DNA of 64,000 bases from assembly GCA_964057225.1 (NCBI GenBank), contig OZ059894.1:10788001-10852000 (forward strand), written 5' to 3'. This DNA is from Auanema rhodensis (Eukaryota; Animalia; Nematoda). Below are positions 14,653 through 26,223 of this stretch, one piece after another. The notes beneath the pieces were generated by a model. That model saw nothing but the letters and a program-made list of their open reading frames with translations. It was not told the origin of the DNA and did no database searches. The stretch's first letter is position 1; the number at the start of each line of letters is the position of its first letter. The translations under genes were made by a program, and so were the position numbers.

Positions 14653-16717
14653 TCACGATCTTTTTCGAAAAACTCCGTAAATTATAGGGTTGACTATTGA
14701 ATTAGCGCATATTAGAGCATTCAAAAAGCTGACAGGGAATGGTAATCCTCCAAAGCCAAGTAATGATAATACGGCTAACACATTATATGGAGTCCAAAAC
14801 GTTAAATAAGCAAGAATAATCCAAGCTGCTTGTCTTTTAGCATGCTGAAAATCATAATAGAGTTCATTTGATCGTTATTCAGACGGGTGAAAGGCTAAAT
14901 TACCTGTTTAGCTTTATGTATTGTGGTTACAGCTACGGCACCTAACCTATTAGATCCCTTAGATTGAGCCATACTGATACAACGAATGTTCGAATCAAAA
15001 GAATACTCTCTAAGAATATCTATAATTTTCAACTTAAACTAAATCTTACTCTTTAACTTTCACAACACAAGACGAATCCTCGGCTTGCAACATCGTTGAA
15101 CTAGCTGACATAGGATAGTCTACAAAGGTTTTATATTAAAGGATACCCTGATATACTTTCATTTATTTTAATTTAATGGCTAAATTAAACCGTATTTCTT
15201 CAAAATATGGCTAAATTGATTGAATAGTTTGAAAAGAGAGAACGAAGTAAACAAGAAGGAAAAAAATTTAATCAGACAGTTTTTCTCTGACAAAAGGCTA
15301 AAACAAACGAAATTTAATTATAACAGGCTTATAAGAAAGAGATTTTTTGTAAAGAAATTGCCAATTTACGTTGCTTTTAAATTTATAAAATATTTTTAAC
15401 CTAATTTTTCTCCTATTTTCTCACGTTTTGGGCATGATGTGCAGTTGAACACATTGTCTGAATACAAAAAAATATTATGAACAAGAATATAATATTACTT
15501 TCGCTTAAATGTCCTTGAAGAATAAATACAACAGTTAGATAGCTTACAACGATTATAATACAAGGAATCCAAAATACAAAAAGTAGATGAGCAACGTTAT
15601 ATATATGCTCAATATTTTGGATTACTCTTAATTGAGTTGATACCTGAAAATAATGAAAAGTTTGTAATATTTTTAAATAAAGAATATTTTAAAACATACT
15701 GATTCACGTTGATATTCAGGTAATTCCGTATTATTTATAATAGGATATGATTCAAAGACAATAACAGTCCATAAAGGAACACATTGGCTGGAAGAAAAGA
15801 ACAATGGAGAAAAAATATATAGTGAAGGGAAAACCTGAAATTTTCCATAGGCTTGAATATCCTGAATATAAAAACTTGAGGAATACTTAGAAGCAAAGCC
15901 AAAAGCCAGGCGACAGAAAGTAAACTCCGACATCGTCTATAAGATTGCCGATGTGCAGTCAATGAGCTTAAGTCGAATAGAATAAGTTATAAGAACAACT
16001 TAATATAGAAGTTACCTAATATTATAAGCTCCGTATACTCTATCAATTGATATACAAGATATAATAGAAGAAATCAAATAAAATGAGAATGTTGAAAAGA
16101 ATGAGTTGATTCGACATAAAAATTCACCCCCTAACCACTAAAAGAAAATTGAAGAAAATAAAAAAAAATAGTTTTTGTTACTTGATATGTAAGCATCCAA
16201 ATAATTTGTCGAGGTACATATATAAATATAGTTATTAAATCTGCTATATTTAAATTAATTCGAAGAAGTAAGATTGGGCTTTTTGCTTTGTGATTCCTAG
16301 AAAACAATTCAAAAGTAAAACTTGAAAATCAACAGTGAAATTCAAAATAATAAATGAAGATATACCTAAAAGCTCGGAACGACTTTTGAAATGATAAAAC
16401 ATTTAAAGGACCACCCACACAAAGTATGCATATTAATATTGTCACTTCAATCTAAAATCATTTGAAAGTCATTAATCAGTAGTAAGTTTGAATAAATATT
16501 TCTTTTTTTTATTTTTGTTCTTTGAATTCGAATAGCCATAATGTTTTTTAAAAGTCATTTCCAAAGAAAAAACAACGATGTATACCGTTCCTACTGTTCC
16601 CAAGCTCATGTCAACTTGCGAAGTCGATGATGTAACTGTTTCTGAAGTTACATCTATAGACTCCAATGAGGTTGGCATTGTATGATTTGATGTGAAATTA
16701 TTGTTATAATTCATCAT
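14653..16717 (-). CDS. Rhodopsin-family GPCR, GnRH/AKH-receptor-like (gnrr family); multi-exon
   Basis: N-glycosylated N-terminus; GGPLN (TM1), INLNIADL (TM2), WLGGEFLC, CISIDR (TM3), VAWLLALLLSIPQ (TM4), QC, FWIPCIIIVVSY (TM5), FWTPY (TM6), NSIVNPIIYG (TM7). Confidence 0.85.
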
Positions 16718-19486
16718 CTGAATATATAGTTTTTTAGATTTGTAAACAACGCTTAATGATATTCAAAGACATTTTGTTAACATAAATGTACATGTACTTG
16801 TGTATGAATATATTATAAAATAGGAAAACATAACAAAAAATATATTCTAAAGCTATGAAAAACCTAAGTCATGAACGAAGAAACGAATTCAAAAATAAAA
16901 TAAAGAAAAAAACGAGGTTAAGCCAAATAAACAAGAGAAAATGCCGCATTTTCAAAAACTAGAATACACATGTATTTTCAGGTTAGCTTCAACATAACTT
17001 ATGAGTTTTGCATGTAAATGGTTTCTTTCAACAAAGTACAGTTAAGCAGAAAAAGCCCTAATACATATGACTAGGTTCTCTTTTTCTTCAAAAGATTTCC
17101 GAAAAACAATGATCACTTTCAACAAAATACACAAAAATTTCCGTAGGAGGCTGTTTTCATTAATTTATCTTTTTTGTTAGAAGATCATGAGACCCTAAGC
17201 TTTACTTTTATAATCTAATGAAAATATTTCATTTTCTAAGAATATTTGATCTAACGAATACAATAAAATTGAAGGCAAAAAGTTTATGAAAAATTAAATG
17301 AAAGTTTCGTTCTTAAAAGTAATTGAAAAAAATCAAGAATATTAGAAAAAAAGAAAAAAAACAGAAATTACTTGTTTTCTGAAAAACAAAGTGAGTAAAG
17401 GAAGAATTATTCTAAAGTCAATGAGCTCTTCCATGACATGCTTTCATGTGTAAATTTTTGGTTTAAATTGCACCTTCACTAAGAGAAAGGCGTTAAAACA
17501 TCATTTCCAGAAGATAGAAAGAAAGAAACCAAGAAAGGAATGGGTGGAGCTCCATAACAAAGCCAATGATTCCTGTAGACTTTACTGTTTACGCTTTCTT
17601 CATCTGAATAAAAAGAATATGAAAGAAGTCCTCAAATGATACATTTGACGAGAAAATTTCTATAAAAACTATTTTCATGAAGAAAATCATAAAACTATTG
17701 GAAGATTTATTCAATTATAATTATTTTAATAGATTTATCGATTAAGAAAAGATTGAAGCCTATTTTCAATTCATGTAAGTCTGCCAAAATTGAAGTTTTA
17801 TTGTATTGATTAAAATATAATAAAACTTATAATAATAAAAAAATTATTTTATTATTATTATGTTAATGAGGATATGAGAATATTTCAGAAATTCATATAG
17901 TTTAAAGAATCTATGAATATAAACTTAATACAAGTTATAATTTATTTTGACTGAGTAAGAAATTTTATTATAATAACTTGAACTCCCTAATCATCCTAAT
18001 TTAACTAAATTTTCTTTTAATTTGACTTATTATAGTGTATTTCGTATAATAATTTTCAGATAACATTATTTAGGTCGTTGTCCAGCTTGGCAATGATTTT
18101 CCTCAGCTTCTTTGACAGCCAACTTGACGATAATACACGAAATTCACGAAAGTTACGAATAGAGAAATAACAAAATGGAAAACTCGAATAGGATTCATAG
18201 TTCCTAATATACAAAAGAAATTTAAAAAAGAAATTTCATATAATAGGTTGAGTTTATACATACATATGTACATACATACATACATATATTTAAAAGTTAG
18301 AATTGGTTCTTATCCCTAAGATAAAAATAAAAAAATCTGAATTTTCAACATTTTAGTATAAAAGCTCTTTCATATAATGATAAAAAGAAACATTGTGATT
18401 AAAATGGAAGAAAAGCCTTATGATGAAATAAAAGTTGCTGTAAGAGATTAGTATCTCCTCATACAACTTCAACAACTATTTTCATATTCGAATGATCTTT
18501 TGTCTTCGTCGAAGCTTTATTGGTCATAACTTGCTGTATAAGTTAACAATTACATATTTATATTATATTGGATAATTAAAAATACATTTAACTATTAAAA
18601 TTATATGAATATATGTACTTTTCATTACGATTTCATATTTAGATTGAATAGAAAAATAATTTAAAAGATTATGTTATATGATGAATATAATAGTTTGTAG
18701 AAATAAGTAAGAATGAATTCATCGAATATACTATTAGTATTCTTCTGTATAAAACTTCTTCATATCCTAATGGGAACGAAGGTAATTACATTTGAGCACG
18801 TTATCAAGTCTCTGTCTACATTAGCAATTAACTATAAAATTCTAAGAGTTATATATATTTCAGGGAAGTCGGAAATGTCATTTTGAATACGCTTTTTCAG
18901 CACAAGATATTGAAATTGTAAAAATAGATTCATGTATATTCCCTTATAAGCCAACTACTAGTAATTCCAAAAGATTAAAAGAGTTTTGAATGATTAAAAA
19001 CAAGTGATATGAAGATAAAAAGATATATTTCAACTAAAAAATAATATTTACAAGCTTTTTAATAGAATAATTGGACATCATATACATAAAATTTGGTTTT
19101 CAATAATGGAGTTTCTTTTGGAATTTTCAAGAATGCAAGAAGTGAATTTTTGAGAAAAAAAGATGTCGGTTTTCAGAAAGATATCTAAGGAGCCATGGGG
19201 CCAAACTATAATTGCATTAGCTTGTAAAGTTGCAATTTAGTTTTGGAACGTTCTTTCTCTTTCTTTTTCTTTTCTTCCTCTCACTCTTTATTGCTCCCTT
19301 GTTTCTTTTTATCACACTAGACTAATGAATAAAAAACTTTCCAATAATTGAATGAATGATTAAAACAATAACAGGCATTTTCAAGAACTTTCTTGATATT
19401 TCCGTATATATTAAAAGAAATATTCCACTTTCTAGTTTTTGATCTAAACTCTTTTCGGATGAATGGAGCAATTTGTGAGGAATTGA

Positions 19487-20123
19487 TGTTAATACCAATA
19501 ATACGTATTTTGCCGTTCTAGCGCACCTTTTCGACCACATATCAATTTTCACCTTTTTCAGTCATTTTAAGACTTTTTTCATTGATTTTGTGTCCTAACT
19601 CTTTGAAAATGTGTCATTTTCAACAATTTTCAAAAATGGTAAAAAGGTCGAAATGTGTTACTTTAAAAATGTGGTCGAAATCCAGTGGTCGAAATCCAGT
19701 GGTCGAAATCCAGTGGTCGAAATGGTCGAGAAAAGTGAGCTGGAACGGTGAAAAAAAATAATGCTCAATAAATGATCTTTTCAGAAAATCTTAAACCTTT
19801 AACAAATAGTGAGATTGAAGAACTTGTAATATTATTAAAGATAAGAAACTTCAGAGAAATCTTTATGAGAGACACCTTACCACCACAAGGAATTTAAGAA
19901 AATGAAGTTGGAATTATAAATTTAGATACTTCTAGTGGTGAAGGAACTCATTGGGTCTGTTATTCTAAAAATAAAGGAAAGATTTATCACTTTGATTCCT
20001 TCGGACTTGATTCTTCTTTACAACTTCAAGAATATCTCAAGAGTAGAAATAAAAAAGATATAATAGAGTTTCGGTAATCAGCATTGTGGTTATTATTGTT
20101 TGTTACTTTTAAAATTATTAGAA
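19487..20123 (+). repeat. Left arm of long inverted repeat
   Basis: Reverse complement of 25170-25752, e.g. TGTTAATACCAATAATA..TTTTGCCGTTCTAGCGCACCTTTTCGACCAC; near-identical from 19723 to ~20060. Confidence 0.95.
19671..19730 (+). repeat. Tandem 14-bp repeat GTGGTCGAAATCCA (3 full copies plus partials), left arm only
   Basis: Visible directly; absent from the right arm. Confidence 0.9.
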
Positions 20124-20165
20124 AAATATGATTTTCAAAGTAGTGTTTTATCTCAATTTTTATAA
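19772..20165 (+). pseudogene. Adenain-like (Polinton PRO) cysteine protease, left copy
   Basis: MIFSENLKPLTNSEI..FMRDTLP..*..GIINLDTSSGEGTHWVCY..HFDSFG..HCGYYC. In-frame TAA at 19895-19897 and a 23-nt frameshifting deletion relative to the right copy. Confidence 0.85.
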
Positions 20166-23100
20166 CCATATGCCAGAGTCTCAAAAGAATCTGGAAAAAT
20201 AACTCTTTTGAATTGTAGCATTTTCGCTTGAGTCAATTCATTATCAAATACAACGTTTTCCTTTTCTTGGGTGTATAATTGTTGTTTGATACTTCGAATA
20301 CAACATTGTTTCTTTCTAGCAATACTCTTATTAAAAAGACTTTCACGAAAATCTTCAATTTTTAACTTCTTGACAACATTTTTCTTTATTCCTTTACTCT
20401 TTTTAACCTCATCTCCAGGTTTTGGAACTTTTGGAAGTTTAGGATTCTCTATTTCATCTTGAATTCTTTTATTGTAATAACCTACAAACTCTTGACGTCT
20501 TTCTTCAGCAATTTTATATACATATTGTTTGGGTTTCAAGGCTAAAAGTTAATCCATTTAATTCATCTTTGAATTTGCCAACAAATTTTTTATTTTCTTC
20601 ATTATACAATGGATGAACTTTAGGATATTCACGGAAATCGAAATATTTTTTTAATGAAGAATCTTCTAATAGGTCTTCATAAAAGTCAGATGTAAAAATT
20701 TCATAAATAAGGGAATCAGTATCCTGATAGCATAATTTAATGTTATCTCCATATTTTTTCTTCATAACATTGTAATGAAAATCATACATCAGCCACTTAT
20801 TCAACTCCAGGATAGCAAAGCCATCATAAATAGGCTTATCCAGAACTATTTTAGTTTGAGCCATTTCAACAAATCTCAATTCTTTGTTTATTATTATATT
20901 CCTATTAAAGTTAGGTTTCTTTCTTAACTTAGTTATTCTATCTTTCTTTGAAATGTAATGCATTTCACCATTTTCCATACATTCATACTCAGCAGAATAC
21001 ACCAACTTTACATCTACTCTATTACGAACATTCTCCATAGTTTTCCCAAAAACACTATTATTCATCAACTTAAAGAAGTCTTTTTCAAAATCATTTTTAG
21101 CCTTTTTACTAAGGTTAGTATTCAAATCAATATAGCTCGCAAGCCAATTACTCTCATCAAATTTAAGAATTCTCTTAATTTTTTTCAATTTCATTCCAAG
21201 ATCTAAAGCTTGTAGCAAATTTTGATAATGAATAACATAGTTTGTTTTATCTTCTAAAGTATTACACAACTTTTTGATTCCATTACCAAACTCTCTGATT
21301 TCAGGGCATAGAGGGAATTCATTATGCATCTTGTGAATTTCTGTAGGATACTCGAAGTCTACTTCTAATATACAACCTTTTCCTTGTCTATTCAGGTTTT
21401 CAATGTATTTCTGAATCATCACTTTGCTTTCTTCATTCATAGAAATATTTAAAATACTAAGTTGTTTTTGACTTTCGAAAACAAAGTTGTTTTGTGCTAA
21501 TTTCAATTTCATTGCCCAACCATATAAATTGTTTGCATCTAAATACAAAAGGAAGTTTGAACATAGTTTAGGATTAAAATTCTTCATATATTTATTATTA
21601 GCTTTCGTATACCTTTTAACAGCATTCACAATTCCACCTCTAATACCATTTTCAATCATGAAAAACTTCTCAGTATCGTTAATAGTGTCCAGTTTAACTG
21701 TATTTGTATTTTAGCATAGCGTCCCAAGATAATCCTGGACTTGTATAATACCAGCAAGGATCTAATTCATAGACATATCGAGTAACATCCCTAAAGTTCT
21801 CAAAAATATCTGCCAAAAGGAGCACATCATTAATCATATATATTCTAGTATAATCTTCTAAATTAGAGCATCCCATTTTTTTCCAAACTAACTTTGCATA
21901 CAAGTATTCCTTAGTTGTACATTCTTTTCCATTGAGGCTATCATAAAACGAAGAAATACTCGGGAGTTCAGTTTCTTTGTATCTCTCGAATGAGTTAATA
22001 TATTCATATGGATAAACACCCTTTTTCTTCATAGTTTCGAAGATATCCTTACCTTGAGTGGAGTAATAATCTTTTAATCTTTTATCATCTAAATTTTCTG
22101 CAAGCTTATCTAATGAAGATAACATGAAACACATCGAATCTAGAAATCAATAATTGAAGTATTAAACTTTAATACAGCATTATAGCCAACACAAGACTCG
22201 ATGTCGTATATAGTCTTAGTATACGAATCAACTACTAAAATGCAATATGCAGATGGAACATGTTTTCCAACATTTTTAGTCCATTTATCTTTTTCCTTTT
22301 TTTCATCAGTAAGCTTCCTTGGATTATGAATTTTTTCTATCAAACTTTCGAAATCTGAATAGATAACATAACGATGCTTTTGAGTATTCTGATGATTAAC
22401 GTATCAATCAATCGTAATCTTCATTATAAAAGAGGTTAACAGTTCTTTCTTTTTCACATTGTTGAATGTCACAAGTTGAATGACGAATGTTATATATTCT
22501 ATGTTCATAATCATCGGGTGTAGGTTGGTAATTATTTCTCGTTTGAGCATAATTTGAAATAGAGTATTCATATGCAAAAACATGAACACTTAAATTATTC
22601 ATACCCTCAAATTTTTCAATATCTTCAAACTTGAAAGGAAATTCAAGTCCAACAAAATGCAATTTATCCTTAAAAGGCGTGTATTTTGTAACTCTTTCTT
22701 TATCTCTTTTAGCAGGATGTAGATGAGCTAGAATACACCACTTGAGACACATGTTATCTTTGTTCTGGATATTTAAAACAGACCTTTTACTAATAACAAA
22801 CTGAGGATTCGGTATGTATGATGCTCCTATCATTACATCAGTTTTAGTTTGAAACATATTCAATCTCAAAAACCTAGTTATCACTAATCCTGAAGCATGA
22901 TGTTCTCTATTCTCCACGTCATTCATTAATGTGTTACATGATGCTTGATAGAATTCTTCCCTACTTTCACCAGAATGTAAAAGTTGAATTTTCGTATTTA
23001 CATGAAACTTATGCGGATCACTAGAATCATCTTCGTTTCTTTCTGTTTCTTTGTTTCATATTCTAAATATAGCGTTATTCTCACATTATTATTTTTGTAA

Positions 23101-23479
23101 ATATCGTTGACTACAGTATTTTGCTTCTTCTCGAGAAAAAAGTCAATCTCTTTTTTACAATCGTGGTGTAAAATTCAATACCTTTCTCTTCGATCATTTC
23201 AAAAGAATTTTCTAGGAAATCTTTGTTGTTCTTACTTCTATAATTTGTTACTCTTGAATTAGCATTTTCTCTATCTTCTTGTTCCATAAAAATCAAATCA
23301 TCCATAGGAGAAATCTCATCTGGAGGTGGTAATGGATTTTCATGATTTTCTTGAGAATGATCATTAATAAATTGTTTCATTTCATCCACCTTCATCTTTT
23401 TCATTTGAACATCAGTCATTAGTAGTTTTTTCTTTTTATTAATTTTTCTAACTTCACGGAGCAGCTCATCTCTCGACAT
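20153..23479 (-). pseudogene. Protein-primed family B DNA polymerase (Polinton/adintovirus type), fragmented
   Basis: Six consecutive ORF pieces: N-terminal SYIP..NIQNKDNMCLKWCILAHLHP, exoI YSDFES, FLDS.CFMLSSLDKL, KKGVYPYEY, DVLLLADIFENFR, GIRGG, YLDANNLYGWAM, KLMNNSVFGK, YQDTDS, GKFKDE, KSKGI, TLAYGY. Several frameshifts; exoII region apparently deleted at ~22140. Confidence 0.93.
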
Positions 23480-23610
23480 TGTCAGATGAATTGGTTTAAA
23501 ACTAAAAAAGATATAACTTTTTCAAATTCTAGATGGAGTCAAAACTTTCTTTTATATAGAAAATTTTTTTTAAAGAAAAATTCAAATTTCTAACTCAGTG
23601 AAAGTAATGA

Positions 23611-23663
23611 ACGGCAAAAGGGGCGGGGCTAAAATCGGGGGGTATAGAAACGGAAAAAGAACC
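23611..23663. mobile_element. Orphan Merlin-like terminus
   Basis: ACGGCAAAAGGGGCGGG...ACGGAAAAAGAACC matches the right end of the Merlin relic (ACGGCAAATGGGGCGGG..ACGGAAAAAGAACC, 10971-11008). Confidence 0.6.
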
Positions 23664-23691
23664 TTAGTAACTTTATTTAATATTATTTTAG

Positions 23692-24134
23692 AAAAACCTT
23701 CATCATGGTAAAAGCCATACTTCCGAAACTTTTCTGCTATTGTCGAAATTTTTCGTCAAAGTTGGTGATTATCGAATTGCTTGCGAGATTCTTTGGGGGT
23801 TTGCGTCACTTACAATTCAAGGTAAAATGTATTCATTTTCAGAATTTATCAAAAAGTACAAGCTGAAGCTTGTGCTTTGAGCTGAAGCTTCACTCCCACA
23901 ACTCGAAAAGGCTCTTTCAGATGATATTGGAAGGCGATTTCTTGTGTTTGAATTGTGAGTCTGTAATCATGATTTATTGTCATTTGTATTATTTATTTCA
24001 GGTGTCATAATTCGTTTTACACGAATGAACATAACACCGTTGATATGAATAATACATTGAAGGAAGCAAACGAATTCATTCAACAGCTTGGTGCGTTGGA
24101 AATACCAGATGAAAAGAAAACAGAATTAGGTGTG
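23692..24134 (+). pseudogene. Intron-containing PaREP1/HEPN-like gene fragment (putative cargo)
   Basis: Spliced translation VGDYRIACEILWGFASLTIQEFIKKYKLKL-HSHNSKR..SDDIGRRFLVFELCHNSFY...LKEANEFIQQL. GT-AG introns at 23822-23842 (abnormally short) and 23955-24001 (47 nt). Confidence 0.55.
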
Positions 24135-24726
24135 ATTCTTTACTCTAATCCAACCCGGCCAAAGTTTTGGGTTAGCCCAGGAGAGGAAGTTCCTATGACT
24201 CCAAAGGCCAACCCACAAACGGCGAAAAAAGCCCTTTTGTCCGTTTTCTGGAATGAAAACGGAGTTCTCCACTGTGAGCTTTTACCTTACGGTAGAACAG
24301 ATAGATGGAGAGTTTTATTCTGAGCAGCTCAGACGGCTCAATGTTGCCATTGAAGCTCGAGAGGAGCTCAGAAGCAGGCGCGTGACGTTGTTACACGACA
24401 ACGCGCGCCCTCACTGTTGTGCGAAGGCACAGCAAACGCTCCAGGAGCTGAATTGGGAAGTTTTGAAGCATCCCCCTTACTCTCCAGACCTTGCCCCAAC
24501 AGATTATTATCTGTTCAGGTCAATGGAGCATAGTTTGAGAAAAATTTTTCGAGTCTAAATCTAAAATATTTTTCAGAAATGCAATAAGAAATTTGAAGAA
24601 GAGATGGGAGAAAGTGATTGAAAGCGAGGGACAATATTTTCAGAAATAAATTCTTTTCTTTTTTAACAGTTTTTTCGATTTTTTTGACATGAGACACTAT
24701 AGCCGCGTTTTAACTTACACACCTAA
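24135..24726 (+). mobile_element. 5'-truncated mariner (Tc1/mariner, DD34D-type) transposon
   Basis: ILYSN..R..WVSPGE, LLSVFWNENGVLHCELL, LLHDNARPH, WEVLKHPPYSPDLAPTDYYLF, RWEKVIESEGQY. 3' TIR (reverse complement TTAGGTGTGTAAGTTAAAACGCGG) ends at 24726, followed by TA. Confidence 0.9.
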
Positions 24727-25019
24727 TATTAAATGTTTTCTATTAAGGCACTTGTTTGATTTCCTACTTAAACTTTTGCCATTTTTCACCCATTCTCCGT
24801 ATTCTAGGACACACTTTAACTGAAGTTCATTTTTTAAGGACCTTGGTGTCTTGTACAGCAATAAGATCTTTTTTAATGAACACATCAAGTCCATGTCCAA
24901 CAATTCAAAAACAAAACAAACTTGATCTCACTTATACCTAGAGTTTTTTTATGACCATGGTGCCCACAAACCCTTGTGCTATGTATTTTGTGTATTTACG
25001 CTCTATGTGCAAAGAATAA

Positions 25020-25139
25020 AGTATTCAATTAAGACAAGAAAAAGTTTGCAAGTTTGATTATGATAAAAGAATCATCAAATATATTAATGATTGTATTGAT
25101 ACAATGCCTTACGGATTTATTGATAGCCTAAGGCATTAA
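25020..25139 (+). pseudogene. C-terminal remnant of a second, different pPolB
   Basis: SIQLRQEKVCKFDYDKRIIKYINDCIDTMPYGFIDSLRH* contains the YDKR...DT.PYG motif typical of pPolB C-termini. Confidence 0.65.
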
Positions 25140-25544
25140 ATCTAACACGGTTTCTTTGAAGTCATGAAATTCTAATAATTTCAAAAGTAACAAACAATAA
25201 TAACCACAATGATGATTACCGAATTCTTGAATTTGAAATGTTGAAAACTCAATTTTATCTTTTTTATTTCTACTCTTGAGATATTCTTGAAGTTGTAAAG
25301 AAGAATCAAGTCCGAAGGAATTAAAGTGATAAATCTTTCCTTTATTTTTAGAATAACAGACCCAATGAGTTCCTTCACCACTAGAAGTATCTAAATTTAT
25401 AATTCCAACTTCATTTTCTTAAATTCCTTGTGGTGGTAAGGTGTCTCTCATAAAGATTTCTCTGAAGTTTCTTATCTTTAATAATATTACAAGTTCTTCA
25501 ATCTCACTATTTGTTAAAGGTTTAAGGTTTTCTGAAAAGATCAT
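25128..25544 (-). pseudogene. Adenain-like cysteine protease, right copy
   Basis: Same TAA as the left copy (25419-25421); GTHW, HFNSFG (catalytic D to N), intact FQIQEFGNHHCGYYC; ends VLDLMP*. Confidence 0.85.
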
Positions 25545-25752
25545 TTATTGAGCATTATTTTTTTTCACCGTTCCAGCTCACTTTTCTCGACCATCTCCCT
25601 ATTTTTGAAAATTGTTGAAAATGACACATTTTTGAAGAGTTAAGACTTGTTTATGCTAGAAATAAGCATTAAAATGACTGAAAAGGGTGAAAATTGATAT
25701 GTGGTCGAAAAGGTGCGCTAGAACGGCAAAATACATATTATTGGTATTAACA
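25170..25752 (-). repeat. Right arm of long inverted repeat
   Basis: Reverse complement of 19487-20123. Confidence 0.95.
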
Positions 25753-26223
25753 CCATGTCTTTCTTAATATCTTTGGTCATTGACTACTATATATATTTAA
25801 CTAAAAGAGATAAAATTTTATGAAAAAAAAACCGAAATACAAAACTATATGAAATGATTTGTTACTTTCATTCAAAATCTTTTCATAAAAATGAAAAACT
25901 ACTACATTAAACTAATAAAGTTCTCGATTTCCTACTATTTTAGATGTGTTTTGTATATTCCATTAAATGTGTGTATATGTCCCACTATCACGATTTTGTG
26001 ATAACTATTTACTATAACAATTAGAACTCAAGTAAGCAGATCAAGGCTGTTTAGCGAAGTTTTTCAGAAAGTTTTTTTTTATTCTCATTTCTATCGTCAA
26101 ACCTGTGAAGTGATGGTGATAAAGATGACGTTAATTTCAAGATTTTTCAATTTTTTATGTATAATATACTCATATTATATACACATATCTCAAATAATAA
26201 CTTGGATTTCAATATTTTCAGTT

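Larger units (their letters stand above)
19487..25752. mobile_element. Degenerate Polinton/Maverick-like element with long inverted arms
   Basis: Inverted arms 19487-20123 and 25170-25752, pPolB pseudogene and two adenain-like protease copies. No TSD, integrase or capsid gene found. Confidence 0.85.

Noticed and set aside
19671-19730. CRISPR-like appearance of the 14-bp repeats
   Set aside because: Head-to-tail repeats without spacers, in eukaryotic DNA.
24715-24990. Short ORFs between the mariner and the second PolB tail
   Set aside because: No integrase, ATPase or capsid motif recognisable; left unassigned.
25125-25133. GCCTAAGGC telomere-like palindrome
   Set aside because: A single unit, explained by the overlapping PolB and protease gene ends.
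19311-25794. Possible canonical Polinton AGTAGT terminus (ACTACT at 25783-25788) with a weak left counterpart near 19317
   Set aside because: The left match is poor and no 6-bp TSD exists for any boundary tried; the true ends remain undefined.
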